Positions 13,131 through 26,910 of a stretch of DNA of 64,000 bases are shown here, piece by piece; position 1 is the stretch's first letter, and every line of letters begins with the position of its first letter. The translations under genes and the position numbers were made by a program. The DNA is from Lingula anatina (lineage: Eukaryota; Animalia; Brachiopoda), in assembly GCA_051362555.1 (NCBI GenBank), contig CM120640.1, positions 67,000,788 to 67,064,787 of the forward strand, in the 5' to 3' direction. The notes below the pieces were generated by a model. The model was not told the origin of the DNA. It saw only the letters and a program-made list of their open reading frames with translations, and searched no databases.

Positions 13131-14615
13131 TAGAGTAGACTTACAGTACATTTGCCCTGTGCAATCATGGATGTTAAATTTCAGAGTCATATTATGCAAA
13201 TACTAGAATGATATGTATTATATTGTGAATTAAAAAGAGCAATGAGAGCAGTACGCTATATTGTGTTTGTATTACACACTCATCCCATTAACTCACTCTG
13301 TTGACATTTAATATGGCCACAACTTGATTACGGATGGGAATGGCAAGATTTCCAGCTACTAGAATCCTTAATGCTTCTGTTATCGTGCCTTGAATCACGC
13401 CCACAACATACGTGTAAACGGGGAGTCGAAAAAGGGCGAGGGGAGGGGGGGCGGGGTAAAATGTAGCACCGTATTGCGCTTACCACGCAGACAATGAGCC
13501 CGTACTTGCCATTTTAACCAGCAGAAAAGGTAGATGAAAACGCGGCAAGATGTTTCAACTCCCTTGACTGTCCCTTACGATTGATTAAGCTTAATGAACA
13601 TCCAGAAAATTTCAAGCAAATAGGACTGGGTCATGTCATTATCAGGGATTTGACGAACTGGTTGTACTGTATATAACATGCTGACAGTGTAATTAACAAA
13701 ATCCAATTGTGCCCCGTGGAGTGGCTGATTGGAAGGTTTAACTGTCCTATTGTTTCAACTGCCAAAGGGTTAACCTTTTCAAATCCAGATTACAAGACGA
13801 GCCCGTTCGGCGGAGAATATTATTAACCATGAAATGGCTGGCCGAGGCTGTAGTCAGAGATGATCTCATTATAACTCATTGCATTGTGTTTCAAACTTGC
13901 TTCAGGGAGATTCAATTTGTACAACTGTCTGGTTAAATTTGCAACCCCCTAAACTATTATTTATGGTCATCATTTTATCGTTTATTGCTTATTTAGAGTT
14001 CTTGGGACTGATGAAAATAAGGGAAACGGTTGAAAACAACACTGATGACATGCTTTCGAAAGCATCAATGACTTGTTACTGGATTTTATTGTAGACTTGA
14101 GGGGGAAATGTCAGACTAGAAGGTGGGTAATCTGAGTCGTATGTTCTAAAAGTAAGTCTCGCTGTAGTCTATGAAGAAACGAAACGGAACAACATAAAAG
14201 CTGAATAGTTTGTTGTCCGTATTTGCCCATGAATATTTCTCTCATTTTTTTCATATTTCTTCAGCTGATTTCCCAAGACCTTGGCACAAAATGATCTAGA
14301 CAAATGTGCCAAGCAGCTCGTAAGGAATGAGATATCATCTTTCTTTTATATTATATTCTCATAGCAATGAAAACCAAACAATGTTGTTTTTTTTATTCGA
14401 AAAAAAGAAACAAAATTATATTATTCAGAAAGTTTAAAGTTTAATCTTGCGACAGAGGCTTCCTACACCAGCTCTGCCAATAATTATTCTTCACTCAATA
14501 TATAAACACAATGTATAGCGGATATACAAATAACCATTTCTTTTTAAAAAAGATTCTAGTCAAAGACATGCCCCATCATATGGTGACAAATAATATTAAA
14601 GAAAAAGTCCCTCGA

Positions 14616-14638
14616 CCCCCCCCCCCCCCCCCCCCCCC
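14616..14638. repeat. Poly-C tract (23 nt)
   Basis: Directly visible homopolymer. Confidence 0.9.
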
Positions 14639-16728
14639 ATTAAAAAGATAAACCAGATAAAACTAATCGAAACATCTGAAACTTTTTCTGAATGTGAACG
14701 AGGCCCGGACCTTGTTTGCAGGGGTAGAACGCTTCACTGTCACTGGAACGCACAGGATGTGGGGTATTGTCTGGACCATAATAAAGGTAAATTTATTTTC
14801 AAGCCTAGTTTATTAAACAATAAAACTCATTGATTATAATTGTTCTATGCAATTAAACCCTATGTACACGAGGAAAGAGTTTGATAAATTGGCTTAAATA
14901 ATTAATACGGTAGTTTTTGTGAGCATTTAGCCCTATAGCCACGGGGCACGGACCTCTTGCTCGCAAGTGTGGCATTCTTATTGATTTCATTGATCCGGCT
15001 TTGAAATATTCACCGTTTGATTTCATCTGAGCAACAACTCACTGCTGACATTCGCTTTTTGGCGGTCCTTTTATGTAAAAAAAGAAACCTTGTTTGTTTA
15101 TGCATGTTAATATTTTTCGATTTGTTTAAAGTTAACTTAGTCTGAAATGAAGAAGAAATGATGACAGCGAACGTCTTCGAAATTTGAAGAAAGAACCAGC
15201 AACTGAACAAACACTGGAATGCAGGCGCGGTAAAATTATTGATTAAAATTTCAAAAATATTCTCAAGTGGATACTCTCCCCCCTGTGTGACACCCCCTGG
15301 TCCACGCCATATAATTTGTGAGACGTAAACCCCGCCCTACTCGTCCGGTGACAGGACGGCCCCGTTAATGTTATGTAATACAACAAAACCTAGGATAAGG
15401 AGCTCATAAACAATGTGCTGGCTAAACTCAAAAAAAGCACAATGCATATTCTTTTATTTACGGGATAAATAATCACCAATATTCGTTCATTGACGTGCTT
15501 GTGATTCATTAAGTTTCTTTTTCGTCTTGAAATTAGATAGTTGGACGAGGTTTGACAATGGCTGATGGTTGTCATAGCACATTTCCGACTATAATTTTAC
15601 AATTCTACCAATTAAGAAAAGTTCATGTGGGTAGCAAGGCCAGGTTGACCTCTTTCTATTTCAGACAACTAAGTGAACACAGAAATCTAATTTACAGAGA
15701 AGACTACATCTGTGGACCTCTTCTCTATTATTATACGCCTTTCTTTGCTAAGAAAGCCAGACGTTGACACATCATTCATTAATGCATACATGCAGATGCG
15801 CTCATTGTTACTCAAAATTTTGATGCTATAGAAATTACCATACAACCCACGGACGCCCGACTTCCTCTTCATTTACTTAAGAACCCATCCCCACTGTTAT
15901 TTCTAGGTTTCTTTCCCATATCTACATTATCGTGAAATTACCAGTCATGTTATTTTAAGAATTCATTATCATAAACTGGAATTTAAGCCTGCCACAGGGC
16001 GTACTCTTTTGCCCCAGCGCTTCTTCCTCTGCGCAATTAATACAATGTACATCACTTTAAAATTAGGAGTGCTTGTTGTGCAGCTGCCCATTTCCCAGAG
16101 AAATATAATCCCTGGAAAGTACGGACTTACCGGCAGGTGTCAGCACTGACAGACGATGTTTTGACGAGGCATCACCCAGCGTCTGTCCGTTTAAAGGAGT
16201 ACTCTTTTAGTTGCATTAGAGGAGACGCGTGATCCGTACCCTTTTCCACCACTATATAATTTACTTCGGCTGTTACCTTAAGAGACAACTATTGTAGCAC
16301 GTGTATTCGTCGTATACACATCTGATTAATGATTCATTGAAAAAAGATAACATGTCTCGTGTAGCGGAACGCTATACGAATTACTTCGTAAGTGATGCGG
16401 GCTGGTTTATTGCAATTGGTTTAGAACAATGACACCATGGTTAGAATTGTTATTAGGAAAACGCATTATATTATGAAAAATAAATGAAAAACACCGACGG
16501 CCGATTTCACAGCCGTGTCTTTTTTCATCTAGTTTAAACGCGAGTTAAAAGACAGACATGTTATATTTGGCAAGAATACTGAAAAAAGCTCATTTAATGG
16601 TGTGCCCAGTTTACTAATTAAGTAGGGTTACATAAAGTAGGGTTACGCTTACAGCCTCGCACAGCGTACCCCTCAGATGTTTTCCTCTTAAAAGCATTTC
16701 TTCAAAATATTCCGAAAGTGTATTTTCG

Positions 16729-16729
<1 letters not shown>

Positions 16730-16789
<60 letters not shown>
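16730..16789. repeat. (TA)n microsatellite, about 30 units
   Basis: Directly visible. Confidence 0.97.
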
Positions 16790-16790
<1 letters not shown>

Positions 16791-18456
16791 CGGTTTCACC
16801 AAGTTTTCATCTTTTGCAAGTCCTGATAAGAATAACTCTTGGTTTCAAAGGCACATTTGTCACATACTTACCTTTCTAAATTAAGACCGAAAATGCAAGT
16901 GTATTTTGTCCAATGATAAGCCGAAAGCAGTACATGTGAATGACCTAAACTAATAGGCTTTGGTACAGATTGTGACCAGACTGTTAGTCCAGAAATTAAA
17001 ATCTACGTATTTCTTAAATCCACTGAATCTTGATAGGTGTGTAATGCTTTTAGAATCCTGATGTTCACCCCCACTACAAATCCTTCACACAAGAAAAGTT
17101 GATCTTACGTTAATGAAATTTGTTCATTGACGATTAAAATATTTTCGCAAACAACGCGTTGCTCCGACACGAAAGTTTTAATAGCGTCTTTTCAATGGCG
17201 ATTCAATCAGTACGCGTTGCCTTGGTAGGAGCAGTGCGGATTGCTTGTTACCGCAATATCTGGGAAACAAAGTCACCATTTTGTTTCAAACTTACCAACA
17301 GGAATTATTTTTAGTCCTTTAATACCTGTCAAGTTTAAAAACGGACTCTGTCCAATTATTCCTTATACATACCATTTGGCGATTTTGGCTTTGTGGACAC
17401 TGTATCGTCCAAATGGTTACCATTGAAGCCGAAAACTTGGGTTACTTTGCGACATCATATTTGGGTCAAGTTCCAAATAGGCATGATCTATTCTTCAGTA
17501 CATTTCTTCGATAATTTTGGTTTTATCAACAAGTAGTGACGTTCATTTTCTCGTTCAATTTGTGATGCGTATTGGATTGTGGCTTCCAGCGGTTACAGAA
17601 TAATTTTGACACTCCCCAAAACGAAGTATTTAGAAGTAAAAAGTAATCTACTCTTAGCTCAAATTCAGTTTTTGTGAAAGCATTTGAAAAGCAAAGACAA
17701 GAAGTGACGACAGTGTATAAAACTGGCGATGTATTTCACATTTTTAACAACATGATTTCTCTCATTTCATTAAATAAGTATAAAGTTATCTTTATCTCAA
17801 TAATTTAACTCAAATTGCTAGTGCTATGCCCATGTCAAAATAAGCATATTAACACAGAGATCTACATGGTATGCCATAATTGTAACCAAATTACCTAGCA
17901 CAAGAAACTCCTGTCTTGGACAAAAATACTTGATACAAAATTACATAATATGATGATATCTTCGGATGTAGTACCAATTATATACAACTTTGAAAAAGTG
18001 AAAAAATATTCCAACGCCTACAAAAATATCTAAGGAATAGAACCAATATGCAAAATAGACAAAAACGCTGCTCAAACCCCCTCAGTCGTTTCCTGTAAAG
18101 GCAGTAGCAGACACAGTAAGCTATTGGAATGCAACGACTATGGGATGAACTAGAGCACTTTCTGCACCCCTTTTTAGCAGCAGTAAAAATATTGCAGCGT
18201 TTAGTATTAAAGACACCACAGGACTGGGTCATGATTTTTTCCACATTATATAAAAAAATCTTCAAATTTCTCTCTGTTAGTATTACGGAAATAAGTATAC
18301 CAAGTCAATATTAACATTTGAATACTTTTGAATCATGAGATTTGCAAAAAAAATGAAAATATCACTTTTTAAGTTTTTTTTGAGAATTCTCACAGGTTAT
18401 AGTTACGTTTTTCAACAGAAATGATGTTTTTAGCACTTGGCATGAAGCACCTGCTT

Positions 18457-21400
18457 TTACATCAAAATACTTTGCACAGCAGCATCGAGATCATCTTCCA
18501 TGACGGGTTCCTCTTCAGACTGCATTCCAGTCTCCCCATCAATATAGGAACTAGTCCGGCCATTACTAGAAGCCATAGACACTTCACCTTGTTGTAAACT
18601 AAGTATGCTGTTGATGGCACTTTCCATTTCTGTGTTCAAATCCCCAGTGTCCATGCTGTGACTTGGTGAACCAAAACCATATGATCCCTGGGGGAAATAA
18701 GAAATGTCACCATCAACTGTATGACTTTCTTCCAAGTTTTCCGATTCCTGAGAGGTGTTCAACTCACTAACAGCCTGTGAATCTTTATCTGAATCAGAGT
18801 GCCTTGTGTTCTCTTCATCTTCCAACTCAGACTGGTCCATTCTTGTATCCATCTGAATGTGGTTGTCATTCAAGCTTCCATGCTGTCCCGGGCCCTCCAA
18901 TTCTGCTGCAAGACTGTTTATTGCACTGTCCAGCTCACTGTTTTGACTCTCCACCCCCTGCACTGCATTATCACACTGTAAATTGTAGTCCATATAACTC
19001 TTACTGTTGTGACCTGTTTCAAACCTTGCACTAGTAAACAGACCTTCTAAAGCAGTGTCCACCTCAGTCTGGCTGCTGCTGCCAATACACTGAGCTGGTG
19101 AATCATCATCAAGATTACCATTGAAATCACTTGAAATGTCCTCATATTCATAAGGATTAGGCATCATGTGATTTGATGTCAATTCAGAATGCAAATGATT
19201 GTTTTCAGTTGTACTATCTGATTGGTCACTCAAATAGCTGTCCTCAAGATGATGTTCCTCTTCTGTGTCACCTAGATCTGCTTTTGGTATTTCTAAATTA
19301 TCAATATTGTCAGAAGGCCTGTCAAAGTCAGAACTATTTCTTCTATCTGGAGAAGACGGACCAGGATTATAGTTACACCTTTCTGGGGATGGTCTTTCAG
19401 ATTTTAGAGATATTTTTAGTTTTGGTATGACTTTAGATTCAACAGCAGACTCTGCTGCTTCATTCTGAATGACTTCAGCTTTGTGCTCAATTTCACCTTC
19501 ACTACTAAATGGTTCTTCTTTGGCAAGACTAGTAGGTTCTTTTTTAGGCGAGCTAGACGGATCAGCTTTTATCTCTGGTTCGTACTTATTGGCAGGAGAT
19601 GATAATTTTTCCTCATCTGCTTCTTTTCTAAATTTAGCTTCTTCTTCAGCGTCCTCTAGCATCTCTGTTTTGGTCTCATCCTCTGTTGGCTTGAGGATGG
19701 GAAGTGGTTCAAATGCATCTGAAGGTCAAAATAGAGTCTCACATGAAGGTGAATCCAAGACACAATAAACTAAGTAATAAACATGCACAAAGAACTGGGG
19801 CAATTTACTACTGCAAGATAACATACTATTTGTCATTGATGTCACCACTATGTAATTCCACACATTTTTTGATTAAATGGCGACCAGGGTGCACAAAAAA
19901 GGACGATGGTTTTATTTTAAACAACTCTTTACCTGGGTCTTCAAGGACAAGCTGCTTATCCCTTGCAAGCTGTTTGTTTTCATCTTGAATGAAAATCCTG
20001 TCAAGCATCACCATTTCAGCAGAAGGATCCTTTCTCTGAAACACAGCAAATTAAGTTTACACACAAGCCCATATGCATGGATATTTGATTTTTTCTTTTT
20101 TCTATACTTTTGTAACCAAAGTCAGTGATCTAAACCAGCACTCTTGTTTTTTTCTACAATGTTGCATTACAATTTCAGGCCTACCATGCTGTCTTGCCAT
20201 AATAAATCCCTGTATTTCATCAGCATTCCTTGGTAGCGATCTAAGAAGTCCTGAGACTGAGATTCAAATTCTTCATCAGCTGAAATATAGATGAAACTTT
20301 ACAGCAATTTGTAGTTTAGAAGTTCATTAACACTTAGACACTGACAATAATTCACATTCATGAAATGTCAAAAAAAAAAATAATTTTTTTAGTAATCTGC
20401 TGATGTTATATAAACCTAAAAAACAAAGGAAGGAAACTAAAATGATACAAATTTAAATCAGACACTGTTCTCTACATAGAACCATGAACAAGCTGTAGAG
20501 CACACAGCATACCTTTTACCAGAGCAGCAGGTCCTGCATCTTTTTCATAGTAAACATGATACCTCATCAGTCTTTTCACACAGTCACGGTAACCCTTGAA
20601 TGGTGTTTTGTAGTCAGGTTTTAATACACCCTGCTGGTCTCTTGCCATTTGTTGTAGTAAACTAAAAGAAAACAATGCAAATATCACATTCTATCCCTAA
20701 TGCACTTATGGTTAAATAATTATAAAACAGATGTAGAACTAATGCAGAAAGATAATACTTCCCAAGTTCAGTTAAAATAGTATGGTTCATATTCAGAATA
20801 CTGATACAACTTACACTGAACTTGGTCTCTTAACTCCCCTCTGTTCATCTTTCTGTGCCTGAACTGGCTGACCAATTTGCTGCTGCTGGATGATAATGGG
20901 TCTTAACTGGGTCACACCTTTGTTAATTTGCTGAAATAGCCAAGTAAACAGTAAGTCCTATATCAACTGGTCAAAACTCTAGTTCTGGGAACATAAAAAA
21001 CACCCTTTTAATACCAGAAACAAAATTCTGTAATGAAAAGTCTGCTTACAACTGATATCACATCAAAAACTAATGCAGAACATAAACTATAAGAATAAGA
21101 AAATGTCCATTGTAAGATCCTACCTGCACCATTATTGGGACTTTGGAATTTGTACTTGCTGCTGTAGGCTGCACAGGCTTCTGTTGTTGCTGTGACAATT
21201 TTTGAAGGATCAGTGTCTGTTGATGTTTATAGAAAAGTTGCTGTTGTTCTGGGGTTAATCGAGACAGCTGACTCTGTAGTTTCTCTCTCTGTTCAGGTGT
21301 AAGTTTATTGAGAACCTGCTCAACCTGGCAACATATGAATATGAAAAATATTTCTTATAGAGCAAAATAAAAATATTCAAACTTCCAACAATACAATGCT

Positions 21401-24400
21401 CCCACATAAATTTCCATAGATTTGAAAGATCTGATCCATTTTACAAGGGGATGAAAGTGACAGTAGTAACCGGTTTTGTAATAATAATAATAATTATTAT
21501 TATTACTTAAATTAAATTAGTTTAAAAGTTTTAAAATCCTGGGTATTCCAGTGTGGGTCGCAAGGGAGAAATTCCCCTCTCTCAAAGATTTAGGTGCCCA
21601 TCTCTGAATACCCAGACTTAAGTCCCTTTTTTTTATTTAAAGAAAAATTAACATGATATTTCCATGTGTAAAATATCACAAACCTTGGTCAATGCTGGAA
21701 TGGGTAGTTTCCCTGCTGGTGGATTTGCCGATTGGACAGAAATATTCTGTATAACTTGAGGTAATGTGAGCACAGTCTGTGTCTGTGGTTGCACTACTGT
21801 TGCACTTGATGTTTGGACAGAAGTACCATTGTTCTGCTGCACCAATAAAGTATTTAAAGAGGGTGTGGCACTTTGTTGTAGCTGTGACTGTTGCTGCTGC
21901 CGAGAAGTCTGTTGTGGTAGTATTTGCTGCTGCTGACTGCCTTGTTGCTGAACTTGCTGCCTGGTTTGTGCTATCACCTGTGTCATCAGGTCCTGGAGAC
22001 GTTTGATCAACCTTTGCTGCTGCTCTGAAGGATCTGGGATGGACTGAAGGTGCTTTAACTGCATCTGTAACCTTGCTAACACATGCTGGGCATTCTGTAC
22101 TTGACTCCGATTGTCTGCATCTCCTCCCTGATTTGCATTACTTACTGCAGCACTTTTGGGGGGCTGATTATTCACATTGTTAGAATTATTTATTGAATTT
22201 ACAATAACTCCTTGATTTGGCTGGTTATCACCATTCCCTGTATGATTAGTTTGCTGAACTGTCTGGAGATTTGTCAGATTGTTTGCTACAGAAACCTGTG
22301 GAGAAGACTGTAATGCTGCCTGACCACCTTGCCTTGCAAACACTTGCCCTTGCTGCAACTGCTGTGGTTGTAGAACCTGCTGTCCCTTTTGAGGACCATT
22401 GTAATTCTGAGCCATAGTCTGTGGAGTTTGTGTGTGGATAATGAATGTTTTTGAGGACTGCATATGTTGGCTTTGTGAATTCCCTGTATAATTTTGTACA
22501 GCAACCCCTTGCTGCTGCTGTTGTTGCACAGGGTTGGCCTGGCTTATTATGCCAGTACCAGCAGTAGTCTGTATAGTATTTGAACCAGTTACTATTGTTG
22601 AAGAGGAGTGTCCAATAATGCCCTGGCCACTCTTCTGTACTTGTTGCAACTGAGCTAAGTTAATAACCTGACCCCCAATGTTCAGACTAACATTGGAATT
22701 GTTGGGTTGGTTTAAAGGTCTGTGTAATACTGACTGTGTAGCTGTACTAGCACCTTGGGCTGGCTGGGTTTGGGTAGTGATGGCTCGAGTCAAAACTAAA
22801 CCTTGTTGATTAGAGACACCACCAGCTGTGACTGCACTGTTACCAGGCTGCATTTTGACAACATTCGGCAGCGTCTGAAGCACAAGACCTTGGTTCTGGT
22901 TTGCACCTTGTAGAACTATTTGTTGACCCCCTATTGTTCCCACATGGCCATTCACCTGTGTGTGCTGGGCAGTACTGCCTGACTGAGTCTGCAGTTGAGC
23001 TGCACCAGAGTTAGTTTGTGGCACTGTCGTTGAACTTACTATGTTGGACTGAACTGTCTGTATATTTTGAAGAGACTGCACTTGTGGCCTTAAAACTATG
23101 TTTCCAAGACCTGGCACATGCACTTGCTGTCCAACCAATGCTTGGCCCTGTATTAAAAATTTGCCAGCACTGGTTTGTATCAAAGTTCCCTGAAGACTAA
23201 TCTGACTGGGTGTAGTCCCTTGCACTATGTTAATACCCTGCTGTGGGGCACTAGTCCTTATTTGGCCTAAATTCACTACATTCTGTTGTGGTCTGGTAGG
23301 AGTCTGTTGCAATATCACTGTCTGTGGCGGGCCTGCCCCCTGTTGTATAATCTGTGGTTGTCCTGGGGTTTGATTCTGAAATTGCACTAGCTGATGTACA
23401 GTCTGGCTCTGTGGCACTGCGGCAGCTTGGGCCACAAAGTGGGTCTGGGGCACTGCCGTCACCTGGTTGAACTGAACTGGTTGTTGACTAGATGTGGGGT
23501 TTGATTTCAGAAGTACTTGCTGGGCACCAACTTGTAGTAATGGAGAACCAGTCCTGAAAGCAAAAGCACACTAATGACCTGTTGTGTACATTTCTTTTTG
23601 CACGATAATATCACAGTGGCCACTCTTCACATGCAATTGCTGCTTTATCCTTGAAATACAACATTACCTTTTTAAGGAACATGTCACAACAGGTGAATTA
23701 AATTCTTCTACTTTATTAAACAATTCCAACATTACCCTGTCAAAATGAATCCAGTTACACTTCATTTCACTAAATACAAATGAGTTATGAAAACCAAACA
23801 AATGTTCTCCCAGTCTCAATCAGAACAACTAGTACGTACCTTGGACTGAGCCCCATTGTGTTCTGTATCCCCTGGATCACTTTGTTGCTGGGGGTTTGAT
23901 TGAGCACTTGCTGAGTAGCACCTGGAGTCACAGTGATCTGTGGCTGTGGGTCAGTGCTATTGCTACCATTGCTTAAATTCCACTGTGGCTGACTAGGAGA
24001 GGAGTGGTCATAGTTGGGGGTCGGAGGATCAAACTGAAAATTTGAAAATATTTTATATTCAGCTTTATACTTCTGACAGAATCTTATGAGTTAAAATTCA
24101 ATACAACAGATTGTCACAAACTGAATCAACTCATTCTCAATCACAGTATAAATAATACAAATCGAAATATTCACCACCCTCCAAAAATTCATGAAGACTT
24201 ACTTTAGAATCCTCGTCATCTGTTGAATTAAGAAAGTCATTCAGTGCTTGTGGATCACTGTAAAATAATAATTACAAATATAGGCTGTATGTTTCTGACA
24301 CATTTATATCTTAATGGGACAATACGCTAGAGTGAGCAAATGTGAAAACATTATTTTAAAATCAAACTATGAATCAAACAGGTGTATGGAAAAAACTTAC

Positions 24401-24435
24401 TTGATCACGTCCAAAAGACATCGGCCATCCTCCAT
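18457..24435 (-). CDS. BICRA: BICRA/GLTSCR1-family subunit of the GBAF (non-canonical BAF) complex, 10 coding exons
   Basis: N-terminus MEDGRCLLDVINDPQALNDFL resembles the BICRA N-terminal motif. GLTSCR1 domain LLQQMARDQQGVLKPDYKTPF...PSAEMVMLDRIFIQDE and C-terminal ESAINSILSLQQ motif. Exons: 24435-24401, 24257-24203, 24033-23840, 23553-21684, 21324-21124, 20930-20815, 20661-20513, 20279-20185, 20035-19933, 19718-18457. All are GT-AG and phase-consistent. Confidence 0.92.
21538..21619. mobile_element. Small degenerate TIR element in a BICRA intron
   Basis: Inverted termini CTGGGTATTC...GAATACCCAG. No clear target-site duplication. Confidence 0.35.
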
Positions 24436-26818
24436 TTCAATACCACAGTGACACATTAGCAACTGAAAACAACCAAAGTGAGAATTATAACAAAGGCAGC
24501 ACACCAAAAGGCCTTCCTATTTCAAAACGGTTATCTTGAAAACCCTAGGTACTATCAAACAGAGTGGCTGTCTGAAAAACTTGATAAGGTGGTAAAAATG
24601 AGCATTGAACAGTTATCATTCTCGCATCTTAGTAAACAGCACAGCTTGCCATTCAAAATTTTGCTGGAGTAAGCATCTTTCTCCTACACGTTTTTTCTTT
24701 TTGTGTGCATAAAGATGTGAATAGTTACCTTGTGTTTTCTTCATCTTTTAGTGCTTTTCTTCTAATGTTAAATCATTGATGGTCTTGGGCCTACAACAAA
24801 ATAAATCAAAAATATATGATCTTAAAGACAACACTTCCATAATCAATACGCTTGTCTGTCAATATACTTCCGTTTCAACATTTCCAATAAAAATAATGCA
24901 GAAAGGGAGTTGAACCTCAGCACAATAATCTGCAGTTTACTGACAAAACTAAAATTCAAAAGCTCCTTCAGTATTTGGGAAATGGCACCTCATTATGCCA
25001 TCTCATGCAGGACAGTTTCACTAGCCACCTCTTGTTTAATCTAGAAAAATAAAATAACTATCTAATCCATGTGCAGCTCACAGGTCAAGTTAAAGAGGGT
25101 GTATAGAGAAGACTGACAGGTGCCCCTAAAGTTTTCTTGCTTGAACTTTTTTAATGCAGATATGGCAAACCAAGCAAAGCAAATTTTTCTGCCAAGCACC
25201 CCCCCTCCAACCCCAAATTATAAACCTTTAGTCAATAACTTCAGGTAATTTGTACACATTTTGATAAAAGTAACAAAACAATATAAAATGAAAAGGGGAA
25301 ACAAAGTTGAATGTATACTTCTACTGCAGTTAAATTATCAATTTCAGGTTTGATGCAAAATAATTTTAAGGTATTTAATGGGCATTAAGAATAGAATCTC
25401 CACACCTAAAATTAAAATTTTAATTTAAATTGAACTTTTCAGTAGGCAATAGGGTACACAAAATGGGTAATTTTGTATCCTCTTATTAATATCAATCAAA
25501 ATCAGATTACAAATATCAGATTCTGAAGAATAAGTTAAGAAAAATTTAAGATGTAAAGAATTCTATTATTTTAATTGACAGCATTTGTACAGTTTGATGG
25601 TTTTGATTGACTGTTACCAATATAAGCATCAAAATAGCTATACAATATGTCCCTTCCAATGACTTTAATACAGAACCTCCATTAAAAACTGGTATGGTTG
25701 GCCCCCGAGATTTATGTGCTTAGAAAAAAAGTTAAACTATGTTCTGATATATTACATATGTACAGGTGTTAAATGATGTTTCAAATGTTACACCAAGTTT
25801 GGTCTTTGCATTTCTGAAGTATAAGGCATGGAATAAAAAACTCCATATGGTACATGCCAAAGGCACAATCTTGGGCAATCTGGTTGGGCTCATACTTAAA
25901 TTTTTTAAAACTCCATCCACATAATACATTATGCATATATAACACCACCAGGACACTAGATACAACAAATATACTATCCTCTATGCACCCCATAAACTGT
26001 GGGTGTAAAAGAGTATGTTACAGCCACACATTTTTCTAGCATGGGTATTTTGTTTCTATTGAAAATTTTGAGTTATATTAGAACTTCAGCAAGAGATGCT
26101 AAAACAATGGACCACATAATATTTTATGTCAATGTCTGTGTGTTGTTTGTTGTACATATACATTGCATTTTCGTTTCTAGTGCTCTCAATCTCGTTTGCA
26201 TGAAATATAACGACCGACAAGGTGACACGATTGCCGATGAAAATTTGCGTTTATGGCAATAACGACAGCAGTAATCCACAACCTACAATGGACATCATGC
26301 CTTTAATTAGAATTAATGATGCATCACCCGTTGGGATCTCGCTACCTTTTGCCTTATCTGCCACAATACTATTACTAGGTCGAGCAGATGATAAAAACCG
26401 AAAGAAACAACGGCGGTGCTACGACGTTATCTCTGGGGCCCTTTTCCAGGCCGCCTCGTTTATTTAACACATAAAAATACAAAAACCAAGAAACAGCATG
26501 TCTACAACAGCGCACAGAAGTAAATCTATCCGAAACAAAACGTTCTATGGTGTGGTTACACGACACGGTAATTTTCATGCCCTGGGAAAACCATGCATTT
26601 TCACATGCTCATATCTTTTTCTTGCAGGCGTTATGATGCAAGTGCATAGGTGCACCTGAAAGAGCACTTAAAGCCCTCACGAATGCAATAATTTAATCCT
26701 GCAACTAGAATCGGATTATTAAAAGGGAAAGCGTTGAATTTTAGCTTTCAAGACGATTTCGCCCTCGAACCCGTTCTAACCCCTGCAAATTTTATCAGCA
26801 AAATAATATTCAGAAAAC

Positions 26819-26910
26819 ACTCACCGTTACTGTAACATGCAACTGCAATTTGGGGTTCACAAAAGTGCGAAAACGGATCAATTTGACCTCTGTGCCTCTG
26901 ACGTCATTTT
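26819..26910 (-). promoter_or_regulatory. Probable BICRA promoter and non-coding first exon
   Basis: Minus-strand donor ACG|GTGAGT at 26824-26819 in CpG-rich DNA, with a perfect CRE TGACGTCA at 26899-26906. The ATG exon is preceded by an acceptor at 24463-24465, implying an upstream UTR exon. Confidence 0.5.

Noticed and set aside
14280-14313. Hairpin CTTGGCACA...TGTGCCAAG, possible miR-96/182-like precursor
   Set aside because: The stem is only 9 bp and the match does not extend beyond the seed.
14693-14705. TGTGAACGAGGCC, similar to the palindromic MITE terminus
   Set aside because: No partner terminus or TSD found.
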